A stretch of 64,000 nucleotides of DNA from Octopus vulgaris (GCA_951406725.2 OX597836.1:22072001-22136000); one strand, 5' to 3'. Shown: positions 26,087 through 39,970, counted from the stretch's first letter. The notes: a model not told the origin generated them from the sequence alone. Made by a program: numbers and translations.

Positions 26087-26436
26087 GTTTCAAATTTTGG
26101 TGCAAGGCCAGCAATTTTGGTGTAGGGATAAGTCAATTACATCAACCCCAGCCCACTACCTTAATTATAATAATAATAATAATAATAATAATCTTTTCTG
26201 TTTTAAGTACAAGGCCTGAAATTTAGGGGGAGGGAGATAATCAATTACATCAACCCCAGTACTCAACTGGTACTTATTTTATCAACCCTGAAAGGCTGAA
26301 AGCAAAGTCGATCTCGGTGGAATTTTAACTCAGAACGTAAAGACGGATGAAATACCAAATAATAATAATGACAACAATTCTTGCAGTAGTAGTGGTAATG
26401 GTGGTGATAGTAATAGTAGTAGTAGTAGCAGTAGAG

Positions 26437-26492
<56 letters not shown>

Positions 26493-26646
26493 TAATCATA
26501 AAATAAAAAAAGAGAAAACATTCCAGGAACAAGGGCAACAAGCTTATTGGTGAATTAACAAAAAGGTTAAAATTAAAATAAGACATTAAAAATGGAATAT
26601 TCTGGAAAGTTATGAAAAACATTTATGAAAAAAAATAAAAAGAGAA

Positions 26647-26695
<49 letters not shown>
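26028..26695. repeat. Trinucleotide microsatellites (AAT)n and (GTA)n
   Basis: (AAT)n 26028-26084 and 26648-26693; (GTA)n 26438-26491. Confidence 0.95.
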
Positions 26696-27254
26696 GAGTG
26701 AAAGAGAAATATTACAAAAGAGGAAGAAATAAATTCACACACACACACACACATGTATATAACAAGAAAAAATATTTAAAAATAACAAAAGGATTCATTT
26801 AAATAACTTAATTAACAGAAATAATAATCACTAAAATATAACAATAACAGAAACAAAATAAAAAATATTAAAAAAATATTTTTTTTTTACTACAGGCATA
26901 AAGCCAGAAATTATAGTGATTTTTTTTTTTTAATTATTATATTTAACCCTGTACTTGACTAGTACTTTATTCTATCAGTCCCAGAAGGGCAAAAGCAAAA
27001 TTGACTTTGGTGGGATTCGAATCCAGAATGTAAATTACTGCAAGGCTGTTACAATTCTGCCTGAAATTTAGTGGGTAGGGGCTTGTTGATTAAATAAGTA
27101 CCAGTATTTGACTGATACTTATTTTAATCAACCCCAAAAGGATTGAATTTAAAGTCGATTCCAGTGGCATTTGAACTCAGAATGTAAAGCTGGAAGATAT
27201 GCCACTAAGCATTTTGTCCAGTGGGCTAACATTTCAGCCATCCATCTCACCCCC

Positions 27255-27310
<56 letters not shown>

Positions 27311-27584
27311 CCTTTCTACTATAGGCAACAGGCCAGAAATTTGGGGGAGGGGATTAGTCAATTACATCGACCCCAGTGCTCAACTGGTACTTATTTCCTC
27401 AACCCTGAAAGATGAAAGGCAAAGTCAACCTTGGTGGAATTTGAACTTGGAAATGATCCATTGCTTTGGATGCCAAACAATGGCTATGCTATACTTGAGC
27501 TGGTCATCTGGACACAATGTATGATCAACTCAACCCCAGCACTTGACTATATATGATTATGCTACATGAATGCTCACTGTTGAG

Positions 27585-28012
27585 GAGAATGCAGGCCAGG
27601 TGGGCAGTCGGCTTTGTTTGAATGCCTGACACACAACTGCCCAAAATACTGTTTGACAGCGAATTGGCAGAAGGCAATCACACAGAATGTTGGCAGAAAA
27701 AGCATTTCAAAGCCTTACTTAAGTGCTTTGGCATCAACTCTGAGACCTGGGAAATGCAAGCACAGGACCACTCTGCCTGACATAGCTACACCAACAGAGG
27801 TGCCACTTCCTATGAACAGAATAGAATTGCAGGAGCATAAAGAAAATGTGAGCTGCGCAAGTCTTTCCCTTCATTCCCAGCAAATCGCCACTGCCGGACT
27901 TGTTGAACCTTCCAAGTGCACATTGGCCTGATTGGCCACATCCAGATGTACCATGACTCATCTTCTTTCCCCATGGGACATTCTGGTCATCATCAATAAT
28001 GACAAATGAACA
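27585..28012 (+). mobile_element. Degraded RTE/BovB-like LINE 3' fragment
   Basis: Frameshifted ELAEG..LKCFGINSETWEMQAQD..GATSYEQNRI..HIGLIGH, resembling the RTE C-terminus with remnant Zn-finger. Confidence 0.7.
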
Positions 28013-28369
28013 TCATCATCATCATCATCGTCGTTTAACATTCGCTTTCCATGCTAGCATGGGTTGGACGATTTGACTGAGGTCTGGTGAACCAGATGGC
28101 TGCACCAGACTCCAATCTGATCTGGCAGAGTTTCTACAGCTGGATGCCCTTCCTAACGCCAACCACTCCGAGAGTGTCGTGGATGCTTTTGCGTGCCACC
28201 GGCACGAGGGCCAGTCTGGCGGTACTGGCAACAGCCACACTCAAATGGTGCTTTTTATGTGCCACCTGCACTGGCATCGACTTCACTCTATTATTATTAT
28301 TCTGCTATATGTTTACACATAGGTTTGTTTGAGTGTATAAGAAAGAATGTTTAGATCATATATATATAT

Positions 28370-28407
<38 letters not shown>

Positions 28408-28441
28408 TGATAGATAGATATAGATAGAACACAATATATAC

Positions 28442-28603
28442 CTGTGAGTTCTTGGGTTTTCACACCACCAACTTCCCCACGTGCAATATCAGCAGTATCC
28501 AACTGGTAGGTGTCTTGCAGTCGCAAAAGAGCGGCCGCTGCCCCATTAAGATCTTCATAGTCAGGAAGATGTTGTCTCTTGATTTCTATCGTGGAAACTA
28601 ATT
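28442..28603 (-). CDS. P4HA: Prolyl 4-hydroxylase alpha subunit, internal exon
   Basis: 162-nt exon, ccctatag| and |gtatat, phase 1 to 1, in frame with the previous exon; (E)LVSTIEIKRQHLPDYEDLNGAAAALLRLQDTYQLDTADIARGEVGGVKTQELT contains the GAAxALLRLQDTY signature. Confidence 0.96.
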
Positions 28604-29157
28604 CTATAGGGAAGGCAAAAAAAAAAAAGGAAAAATAATAAATAATTACAAAGGAATTTTCAAACAAGATTAAAATCAACAACAAAATTTCAATAATGAT
28701 AAATTTGAAGCGAAAAACAACAAAAGGTATTCATATATTTTTCCTGAATTTTTTATTTTCTACAGAGGGATTATAGGTGCAGGCGTGGCTGCATGGTTAA
28801 GATGTTAGATTTGCAACTGCAAGGTTTCAGGTTTATTTTACATGAATTTCGACTAACAAACTTTGTGTATGCATTGGCTATTTTTGCATTTTTTAAAATC
28901 ATTTTAATATCATTTTAATATAAGCCAATGCAACAAAACCCTGTCCAGATATCTGTTTAATATTTTTAATTTAAGAAAAAATATGTGAATATTAGAAAAA
29001 CACAACATGAAATTCTTATTTTAATTCAATAATTAACAATGAAAAATAATTCAAATATTTTTTAACAAAAGAATATTTATTAGTTTTATTGCATTGCCTG
29101 CAAAAGAAAGTGGATTACAAAGAAAAATGCGGGGCACATGCATGTTAATATTCTTAA

Positions 29158-30466
29158 GTTATTACACCTGGAAAAGTACAGAACATGACTTCTACAATAG
29201 AATTTGCCTTATTTGTCACCTTTAAAAGAAACTATAAAGTACTTAAAATAAAATTCTACTGTACTTAAAATATTGGAGCTGAGAATAACATTTTTAAAAT
29301 TAAAATACATTATATTAGGTAAATCTGAGATAATCTATTTTATTTATTGTGAGAATGTAAAAAAAACAAGTCAATCTTTAAAAGCATGGTACAAAAATAA
29401 TCAAAAATAAATTTAAACAAAAATATTTTAAAAATCACGTCTTTTGAAATATACAATTAAAATAGTCATTTTATTTAGTTATATAGGTGCAGGAGTGGCT
29501 GTGTGGTAAATAGCTTGCTTACCAACCACATGGTTCCGGGTTCAGTCCCACTGCATGCATGGCACCTTGGGCAAGTGTCTTCTACTATATCCTCTGGCCA
29601 ACCAAAGCCTTATGAGTGGATTTGGTAGACGGAAACTGAAAGAAACCTGTCGTATATATGTATATATATGTGTGTGTGTGCGTGTGTATATATATTTGTC
29701 CCCCCAACATCACTTGACAACCGATGCTGGTATGTTTACGTCATCGTAACTTAGCAGTTCAACAAAAAGAGACCAACAGAATAAGTACCAGGCTTACAAA
29801 GAATAAGTCCTGGGGTCGATTTGTTCGACTAAAGGCGGCGCTCCAGCATGGTCGCAGTCAAATGACTGAAACAAGTAAAAGAGTAAAAGAGAGAGATATC
29901 AAATACAAACAATAAAGCATGAAGTTGCATATTATATTGCACAGCGTAAAATATATTAGTTAGCATTAAAACAATAGAATTAGCTTAATTCGTCTTTGGC
30001 TAATTCATTACTTTATCTAGCTCACCACTTTCAGTTTTCTCCTAGGGCTGACTAATTAGGCAAATTCTACTGTATTTTAACAAAATTAATTCTATTTTAT
30101 TTCATTTTTAAAATACTGCTTTTTCCCAAAAATAAGCCCATGGGTTTAAATACAGACTTAAATAATTTTGCTTAAATAATTTTTTCTGAAAATATTAAAA
30201 TTACTGGGGTTATACATGAAAAGAATTGCTGAATATAAGCCCGTAGGCTTAAAATCGGATGGGCTTATTTTTGGAAAAACCCAGTAATGCTTTTATAATT
30301 TTCGTTTTAACAAAATATAGTAAATTTCTAAAATGTTGTTCTCGGCTGCAATATTTTAAGTACATAGAATTTTAATTTTAAGTACTTTTTAGTTTCCTTT
30401 AGAGGTGACAAATTAGACAGATTCTACTGTAGAAATCTTGTTCTGTACTTTTCCAGGCGTAATAAC
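29158..30466. mobile_element. Non-autonomous DNA transposon with about 140-bp diverged inverted repeats, carrying a nested SINE and a nested MITE
   Basis: gttattacacctggaaaagtacagaaca..tttgtcacctttaaa vs tttagaggtgacaaa..tgttctgtacttttccaggcgtaataac; nested TA-flanked MITE 30114-30286 (aaaaataagccc/gggcttattttt). Confidence 0.75.
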
Positions 30467-30661
30467 ATGCTTGCATGTTATTACATTTTTCATTGTGATA
30501 TCTATAATGTTATATACATGCCTATGTATATAAATATCAACAGATAGGAATAGAGAGAGATAGAGAAGTGAATGGTGTGTGGATTTTAGTCACGGTGAGT
30601 GAAACTGAAGAAAAAGGGGTTTGTGGAAACATGGAAAGACAGAAGTGGACAGTATGTGTGT

Positions 30662-30665
<4 letters not shown>

Positions 30666-30723
<58 letters not shown>
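30666..30723. repeat. (GA)n microsatellite
   Basis: Direct inspection. Confidence 0.97.
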
Positions 30724-30727
<4 letters not shown>

Positions 30728-31297
30728 GGGAGAGAGAGAGTGAGAGACAAAGACAGAGAGAGCTGGAGGGTGGAAAAAGGCATGAGAGATGGTAGAGGAG
30801 GAAGGAATGAAAATAAAGAGTGATATATAAAAAAAAGAATGGGTTTGTGTATGTGTGTGCATATGTATATGTGTGTGTATATTTGTGTGACATGGATTCT
30901 TTAAATACTTGAAAAACAGCAGGGACATAACAAACTAATATTGTTGGGTATATACACACACACACACGATAGTGGGTATACACATACAAATTACAGGATA
31001 TATATACAAACACAGAATTACTGGGTACATACAAATACACACACAGTTACTGGGTAGATATAAACACACTCAATTACTGGGTATATATAAATACATAATT
31101 ACTAGGTATACATTAGCACACAAGACAAGGTATATACAAACACATAGTTATTGGATTTATATGTAAATACACAATGTTGTGTATATACAAACACACATGA
31201 TACTTGGTATATATAAATATACAAACAATATGTAAATAAGAATATACATTGTCCATTGCTTTCAGCAGATCTTTCACTAAGTAGGCCGTTCTCTGGT

Positions 31298-31745
31298 CTA
31301 ATCTCTGCAATATCTCATTATTTCATGTTGCGTCCTATGATTATAACTTGGCCAAGGTATACATAACTTCCACCTCATTGGTTTTACCTCCAACCACAAC
31401 TTAGAGACTGGGAGAGCATTCAACTCCGTGGAGGATGTGCTGAAAATGAACCTTGATGATAACACTCATGCAAACCTCTTCAATAGCATGGTTCTACCTG
31501 CAGTGCTCTGTGAAAGTGAAATATGGGCAACAACAAAGAGGGAAGAACAGTGGTTAATAACAGCACAAAGAGCCATGGAAAGGTCAATTTTGGGAATCTT
31601 GAGAGATCACATCTGAAACAAACAGACCAGAGAAAGAACCAGAGCGAACATTTGAACAAACTCAGACAGGCCAGACATGTTGCATGATGCACTGACAATT
31701 GGTGGACGTGTGCAGTTATCAAGTGGTACCCATGTGAGCAGAAAT
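31298..31745 (+). mobile_element. RTE-clade LINE fragment with inverted 5' segment
   Basis: + strand from 31401: RAFNSVEDVLK..ANLFNSMVLPAVLCESEIWATTK..AQRAMERSILG; - strand 31298-31400 encodes the preceding segment (EVE/SYVYLGQVI..NEILQRL). Confidence 0.75.
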
Positions 31746-31769
31746 GACCACTCAGACATCCAGGCAATT

Positions 31770-32425
31770 GGATAAGAAAAACAATGAGCATGTTTGGAGT
31801 GGCAGAAAATATGGAGAAATTGTCAATAAAAATATGAAACATTGGAGCACTGACTTAACTGGAAGCAAACAAAATTTTGGGAAGGTGAAAATCAGATGTG
31901 GTATATTCCAAGCTGATAGTTTATCTCCATTACTATTTGTATTGACCATGATAATGCTCAGAGCAATATTACAAAATGTCGAAATAGATTCTGTTGTGTC
32001 TGGGGAGAGTCATTTTCTTTTTGTGCCTTATAATGTAACACACTCACCGGTAAAATTTCCACTTACTTCTTATTTTTATTTTCCTAAAATTTTCATTGCA
32101 TCTTGTAACCTTTTCAATTGCAAGACGCAACGAAAATTTTAGGAAAATAAAAAGAAGAAATAAGTGGAAATTTTACCGGTGAGTGTGTTACATTATAAAG
32201 CACAAAAAAAAAAAATGACCCTCCCCAGACACAACAGAATATGCTTCAACACACAAATTCATATAACGAATCTTGCAAACCAAATCCAAAAATCAAAATA
32301 GATTATGATTTGGGAAAAATGTATGGTCAGATGAATCTGGATGATTTAAAGCTTTATGTGAAAAATGAGAAGTAGCTGGAAAGCCTTGTGCATACTGATT
32401 GTATTTTCTCAAATGAAGTAGGAAT
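31770..32425 (+). mobile_element. R4/Dong-like LINE reverse transcriptase fragment, interrupted by a foldback
   Basis: VKIRCGIFQADSLSPLLFVLTMI, then after the insertion LDDLKLYVKNEK*LESLVHT (RT motifs GIFQGDSLSP and MDDLKLY). Confidence 0.75.
31988..32240. repeat. About 250-bp palindrome inserted in the RT fragment
   Basis: attctgttgtgtctggggag...aaaattttcattgcatcttg mirrored by caagacgcaacgaaaatttt...ctccccagacacaacagaat. Confidence 0.9.
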
Positions 32426-33492
32426 GCAATGAACTGATGATATAAAGAGAACAATGGGAGCGCAACAGAGAAGGAAGATGAGATCAAAAACAGAATGGCT
32501 GAAATGCTGTGGCCAATGGATTGAAAGCGACATCTGACGGTCTGGCTGGTCAAGGTGATTGTCCATCAATATCTTAGATGAACTGAACTACTGATTCATT
32601 GAATTATAGGGCAAATAAGTAGCCGAGTATTCCAGAGACAAAGTACACTCAATGGATTATCCAGGCAAAAATCAGTTATTTTACATGGGGTGTAATAAAG
32701 CTGGACTCGTGAATTACATGTATCGTTCATCCATTGCACTCTTAACATGGTTTCTGTTGACCCAGCTTCACTCACAAGTGTTGGCCAGGGCTATGCTTGC
32801 CCAAGATGCCACAAGGCAGGATAGAACTTGGAGTATCCTGATTGCAAAGTAAATAGTTTAACCACTTGACCATGGTTTAAGCACACACGCACACATTCAC
32901 TAGAACACACACACATATACACACTTATAATGCATACACAGACATACACACACACTCTCTCTCTCTCTCATATATAATGGATATGTACACATATATATTC
33001 AATCATTACATATAATGTATATCGTTTATCTTTTACTTCTTTCAGTCATTAGACTGCGGCCATGCTAAGGCACCACCTTAAAGAATTTTTAGTCAAATGA
33101 ATCAATCCCACTAATTATTTTTTTAAAGCCTGTTACTTACTCTATTGGTCTCTTAAGGGATGTAAACACACCAACACTGGTTGTTAAATGGTGGCAGGAG
33201 ACAAACACAGACACAAACACACACACATATATGTAAATATATATGACAAGTTTCTTTCAATTTCCATCTATCATTCATAAGCCTTTAGCTGGCCTGAGGC
33301 TATAGAAACTGAAAGAAACTTGTCATATATATTTACGTTTGGTAAGTAGCTTGCTAACCAACCACATGGTTCCGGGTTCAGTCCCACTGCATGGCATCTT
33401 GGGCAAGTGTCTTCTGCTATAGCCCCAGGCCGACCAATGCCTTGTGAGTGGATTTGGTAGACGGAAACTGAAAGAAGCCTGTCATATATATG

Positions 33493-33529
<37 letters not shown>

Positions 33530-33916
33530 TTGTGTGTCTGTGTTTGTCCCCCTAGCATCGCTTGACAACCGATGCTGGTGTGTTTACGTCCCCGTCACTT
33601 AGCGGTTCGGCAAAAAGAGACCGATAGAATAAGTATTGGGCTTATAAAAGAATAAGTCCTGGGGTCGATTTGCTCGACTAAAGGCGGTGCTCCAGCATGG
33701 CCACAGTCAAATGACTGAAACAAGTAAAAGAGTAAAAGAGAGTATATATGTGTGTGTGTGTGCCATGTGGGTGGGAAGCAAACTTCGTACTACATGGCAC
33801 TCTATCACACAAACACATATGTACACATAATGTAATCACACAGACATTCAATGCTAACAAACACAGAATTGACACAATGCGTGCACACACACTGAGGTTC
33901 ATATGGTGTATAAAAC

Positions 33917-33954
<38 letters not shown>

Positions 33955-34612
33955 TAAGAATAGAGAAGAGATATAAATGAAGAGAGAGAGAGAGAAAAGT
34001 GAAGAGAAAATGAAAGAGAAAAAGAAGAGCAAGGTTACGAAAAAGTGAAGGAGAGAAATTTGAGACAAATAATGAGACAACTTGATAGCTAGACAGACAG
34101 ACAGACAAACAACCAGACAGACAGACAGACAGACAGACAAACAACCAGACAGACAGTAAGATATTTTATAATGTTAGGTGCATGCGCATGGCCTCATAGT
34201 TAGGATACTTGACTTTTGGATGTAAGATCATGAGTTCAATTCCTGGCAGACCATCGTGTCCTTGAGCAAGACTCTTTAGTTCACATTACTCCGGCCCACT
34301 CAGCTGGCAAAAATTAGTTGTACCCGCTGTATTTCAAAGGGCCAGCCTCGTCACATTCTGTGTCGTGCTGAATCTCCCTGAGAATTATGTTAAGGTTATG
34401 CATGTCTGTGGAGTACTCAGCCACTTGCGTGTCAATTTTGCAAGCAGGCTGTTCTGTTAATCGGATCAACTGAAACACTTGTCACTGAAAGTGGTGAAGT
34501 GCCAGGTAAAATGTTATTATTGACATCAAAGGAAAAGAAACCGTCATGGATTTAGTAACAGACAGGAACAAAGAGAAAAGAAACAAATAAAAAGAGTGAG
34601 GGTTCCACTTAC

Positions 34613-34764
34613 CATTTGTGATGTTGTCCTTTAAAAACTGGAATTCTTTGTCCCAGTCCACGGTGAATCGCTTGACTAGGAGAAATGCATTGACCGGATT
34701 TCCAACAAAGTGATCTGGATTTTCCAGAGCAAAAGTACTGTGCCTGTCATAATCCTCAGCAAGG
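34613..34764 (-). CDS. P4HA: Prolyl 4-hydroxylase alpha subunit, internal exon (N-terminal dimerisation domain)
   Basis: 152-nt exon, ttacag| acceptor and |gtaagt donor, phase 2 to 1; encodes LAEDYDRHSTFALENPDHFVGNPVNAFLLVKRFTVDWDKEFQFLKDNITN with the P4HA GNPVNAFLLVKR motif. Confidence 0.95.
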
Positions 34765-34874
34765 CTGTAAAAAATGCCAAACAGAAAAGAATTACCAAAC
34801 AGAACCACCACACACACACACACACACACTTGTTCCTGTTTACTACATTCATCTCGAACACACACATACACGCA

Positions 34875-34924
<50 letters not shown>

Positions 34925-35483
34925 TAATAAATAAAACATATGCATATATATATACATATATGTACGTACCTACCTCTACATGTATATATACACGCATATA
35001 TGAGTACAGGACACAAAAAAAATGTCGAACACAATGAGAAACGGAAACATAGATGCAAACACAAGGAACTGGACATTTTTCTTAAACAACAAAAAAATAG
35101 AGTACAGGACAAATAACACAAGGAAAAAACCCCTTCTTCAGTCGCCATGGTTTCATCTATTCTACGTTTCGAAGGTGAAGGCGAGACGTATCTTCGATAA
35201 GAAACTTTCCTTCCTGCGAAAAGCAAATCAAATAAAATTTGAGATCTTTTTGCAGAGGGGTAAAATGGTAACAAAACCAGGACAGTAACGACAGTACAAA
35301 ATATAAGCAGTAAAAGACAGGACAAGGAAAATAACAAGACAAGAAGGGCTGTTAATGCCGAACGAAAAAAGTATTACGAACGCTAATTTCTGTGAACGGC
35401 GAACGGAGCAAAGAAAATTGCCGTCCACACCTCAAGAAGGTCAGGCTAGAAAGACAGTAGCGGAGCTCTTGTCGCGGGTCAAC

Positions 35484-35526
<43 letters not shown>

Positions 35527-35665
35527 TGTGTGTATATATATATAATTTAGAGAAAAAACCTTCTATTAAACAATTCAATAATGAAAGATGTTATTCACAC
35601 CATATAGAAAACATATACTATAAAAACCTTATTCTAAAAATCAATAAAGTACAATAAATATGCAC

Positions 35666-35710
<45 letters not shown>

Positions 35711-35713
<3 letters not shown>

Positions 35714-35987
35714 CAAAATAAGCAACAAGAATAACTTCGGTAATTTGGTACGATCGTTTCACACTACATCTTTTTATTAAATGTTGTAAGTATTACAACA
35801 GTTTTAAAATGCTGAGCACTCGTCAGCCATTTGATATGAAAATTATGTATTAATGGAAAAACCTCTATTAATGGCTGATGAGTGCTCAGCATTTTAAAAC
35901 TGTTGTAATACTTACAACATTTAATAAAATGTAGTGCGAAACGATCGTACCAAATTACCGAAGTTATTCTTGTTGCTTATTTTGATT
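35711..35987. mobile_element. Palindromic Penelope-like remnant with an inverted pair of hammerhead motifs
   Basis: About 120-bp near-perfect inverted arms beside (TA)n; + arm TGG-CTGATGA(35875)...GC-GAAAC-GATC-GTA-CCA; - arm TGG-CTGACGA(35826-35820)...GT-GAAAC-GATC-GTA-CCA. Confidence 0.75.
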
Positions 35988-36140
35988 ATAATCATCCCAT
36001 GGATTTATAGGGATAACACCATACAAAATTCTGATGCATCTAACTTAAGTACCATACTCATTTGAATCTAAATTTTGCTGAACTTATATATATATATATA
36101 TGGCCACAGCTCATGAGCTGAAACTAGAATCAATCAATCA

Positions 36141-36198
<58 letters not shown>

Positions 36199-37183
36199 TA
36201 AATATATATAAGTATATACACAAATATATACATAGTGACTGGTAAATTCCACCATGGACTCAGAGTGTAAAGACAGATGAGTGGCTGTGTGGTAAGTAGC
36301 TTGCTTACCAACCACATGGTTCTGGGTTCAGTCCCATTGCGTGGCACCTTGGGTAAGTGTCTTTTACTATAGCCTCGGGGCGACCAAAGCCTTGTGAGTG
36401 GATTTGGTAGACAGAAACTGGAAGAAGCATGTTGTATATATATAAATATATATATATGTATGTATGTATATATTTGTGTGTCTGTGTTTGTCCCCCCAAC
36501 ATTGCTTGACAACTGATGCTGGTGTGTTTATGCCCCTGTCACTTAGTGGTTTGGCAAGCGAGACTGATAGAGTAAGTACTAGGCTTACAAAGAATAAGTC
36601 CTGGGATCAATTTGCTCGACTAAAGGCGGTGCTCCAGCATGGCTGCAGTCAAATGACTGAAGCAAATAAAAGAATAAAAGAATTCTGCCTGCAGTGCTAA
36701 TAATTCTGCCATTAAATTTATTAAATTCTTCATTGCTGTTCATAATAAACTGAGACAGTAGTTGGATACTTCAATGGACGTGTTACCACAAGTAGCTTGA
36801 AGAAAATAAAAAGCCAAATACATTTCTAACAATTATTTTTATAGAGATTATAAAATTTAAGTAAACATGTGTCAATAACATAAAATTTTTTAACAGCTTG
36901 TCATAAAAGAAAGCTAATAATCTATTCTTGCTGCTAAAATGGAAAATTCAAGATGACAAAGGGAAAGATTGGTTTTGTTATTCTTTTACTTGTTTCAGTC
37001 ATTTTATTGCAGCCATGCTGGAGCACCAAAAGGGTTTGAGTCAAAGAAATCAACCCCAGGACTTATTCTTTGTAAGCCTAGCACTTATTCTATCAGTCTC
37101 TTTTGCTAAGTTAAGGGGACATAAACACATCAGCATCGATTGCCTTGTGATGGCAGGGGGGGCAAACAGACACACACACATAA

Positions 37184-37238
<55 letters not shown>

Positions 37239-39789
37239 TACATATGTGTGTGTGTGTATATATATGTATATATACAATGGGCTTCTTTCAGTTTCTGTCT
37301 ACCAAATCCACTCACAAGACACTCGCCCAAGGTGCCACACACTGGGACTGAAACTGGAACCATGTGGTTGGGAAACAAGCTTCTTACCACACAACCATGC
37401 CTGTGTCTTCACATATTTTTTTTAACCTTGATTGGAAATAAGTAGGTTTCTCTTTAGCTTAACTACCACATTTAGGTTTGATATCATCATCATGTAACGT
37501 CCATTTTCCATGCTGGCATGGGTGGGATGGCTCGACAGGAACTGGCAAGACCAGGGGCTACACCAGTTTCATAGTCTGCTTTTGCTTGGCTTCTACAGCT
37601 GAATGCCCCTTCTTAATGCTAACCACTTCACAAAGTGAACTGGGTAGTTTTCACGTGACACCAGCATCAGTGATTTTTACATGGCACCAGCACCCATACC
37701 AATGCTTTTCTATGTAGCACCTTGGTGTATGCATGTATGTACATATAACTTATGTCTAGGTGTGCATTTGTCTTTGTATCTGCATTTGCCATTCTCTCAC
37801 ATACACACACACTGACAACCCACACTTTTTTTGTCTGTCAATCTTCCAAATAGCTACAGATGTTTCTTTGTAGTGACCTCATTTGCCATTCTCTCTATTG
37901 AAAGTTCTATGCCGGTGGAAGGACGGCAACATGTGCAGACTTTACCAGTTGAAAGCACACAGTAAGTTACAACTTTCATCTGTTGCCTATGCTTCAAAGC
38001 ATGGAAGTCCGCAGTGGGTCCGAACAATCGTCTGAGAGGTCAAGGACAGAAAGTCAGAAATGCCATTGACAAGGGACCATAAGTATAAGATGATGGTAAT
38101 ATTTGTTTGCAACCACCATATGATGGTGGTTGGTGCAGGAGTGGCTGTGTGGTAGGTAGCTTGCTAACCAACCACATGTTTCCGGGTTCAGTTCCACTGC
38201 ATGGCATCTTGGGCAAGTGTCTTCTGCTATAGCCCCGGGCCGACCAATGCCTTGTGAGTGGATTTGGTAGACGGAAACTGAAAGAAGCCTGTCGTATATA
38301 TGTATATATATATATGTATGTGTGTATTTGTTTGTGTGTGTCTGTGTTTGTCCCCTTAGCATTGCTTGACAACCGATGCTAGTGTGTTTACGTCCCCGTC
38401 ACTTAGCGGTTCGGCAAAAAGAGACCGACAGAATAAGTACTGGGCTTACAAAGAATAAGTCCCGGGGTCGATTTGCTCGACTAAAGGCAGTGCTCCAGCA
38501 TGGCCGCAGTCAAATGACTGAAACAAGTAAAAGAGTAAAAGAGATATGATGTCAAGACAATGAGACAGCAACACATAAGTGACCATGCAGTGGGATTGAT
38601 CCCAAACCATGTGGTTGGGAAGCAAACTTCTTAACCACACAGCCACTACCTAACATTTTTTATTGTTGTTGTTGAGCGAGGTCGTTGCCAGTGCCGCTGG
38701 ACTGACTTCTGTGCAGGTGGCACGTTAAAAACATCATTTCGAGCATGGCCGTTGCCAGTACCGCCACACTGGCCCTTGTGCCGGTGGCACGTAAAAGCAC
38801 TCACTACACTCTCAGAGTGGCTGGCGTTAGGAAGGGCATCCAGCTGTAAAAACTATGCCAGATCAGATTGGAGCCTGGCGCAGCCACCGCGTTCGCCAGT
38901 CCTCAGTCAAATTGTCCAACCCATGCTAGAATGGAAAGCAGACTGTTTCAAATTTTGGCAGCAGACAAGCAGTTTTAAGATGAGGAGGGGGCGAGTCAGT
39001 GCCATCAACTCCCGGACTTAGATGGCACTTTATTGTTATTGGCACTCGTAAAGATGAAACGCAAAGTTGGTGTCACCGAGACTTTTATGCAGAATACAAA
39101 ATATTGGAAGAAATTCCACCCTTATAATAATAATGATAATAATAATAATAATGATTTCAAATTTTGGCACAAGGCCAGCAGTTTTGGGGGAGGGGTTAAG
39201 TCAATATCATCAAACCCAGTACTCAACTGGTATCTATTTTATCAACCCTGAAATGATGAAAAGCAAAGTGACCTCGGTGGAATTTGAACTCAGAACATAA
39301 AGACAGATGAAATGCTGCAAAGTGTTTTGCCTAGTGCAGTAATAATTCCACCAGCTCACTGCCATAATAACAATAATAATAATAATGACAATAATATTAA
39401 TAATAATAAATACTGATTCCATCTTGTATGACATCACTTATTGTTTCAAAAGATTAATCAAAATGATAATAGAATTTGGTCAGCTTTTCAATAATATATA
39501 TGTATGTGGATATTTGTGTGTGTATACAGTACTTATGTATGTAAATAAATAAATAATTCATAGTGGTACTGATAATTATTTTACTTTATCATACAAGACA
39601 AATTAGTGAAAGTGTTCTGCAAACGAAAGAAACCAAAATGGGGAAAAAAAGAAAAAAAAAGTGAGAAATTAAAGGTGAGAGAATGAGAAAGAGAGAGAGG
39701 GTGAGAGGGAGAGAGTGAGACACTAAAAGACGAAGCCTAGTCAGATACAGATAATATAGGCACACTCACACACAAACATAAAGACAAAG

Positions 39790-39917
39790 AGTACAATACA
39801 TATATATATATATATATATATATGATTACTATTATACATCATCACATATATGCATACATACATATATATGCATAATTACATACATTATATATACATAAAC
39901 ACATACATACATGTATA

Positions 39918-39970
<53 letters not shown>

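Noticed and set aside
31113-31310. ORF MQRLDQRTAYLVKDLLKAMDNVY as a possible P4HA exon
   Set aside because: No P4HA similarity; runs out of an inverted LINE fragment into a minisatellite
35125-35180. Possible permuted hammerhead on the minus strand (GAAACGTA...CTGAAGA)
   Set aside because: No pairable stem I; a similar weak motif at 41560-41597 lacks CUGA
37946-38031. Exon-like segment on the minus strand with good acceptor and donor
   Set aside because: Translation has no P4HA similarity and its open frame does not match the phase of the next exon
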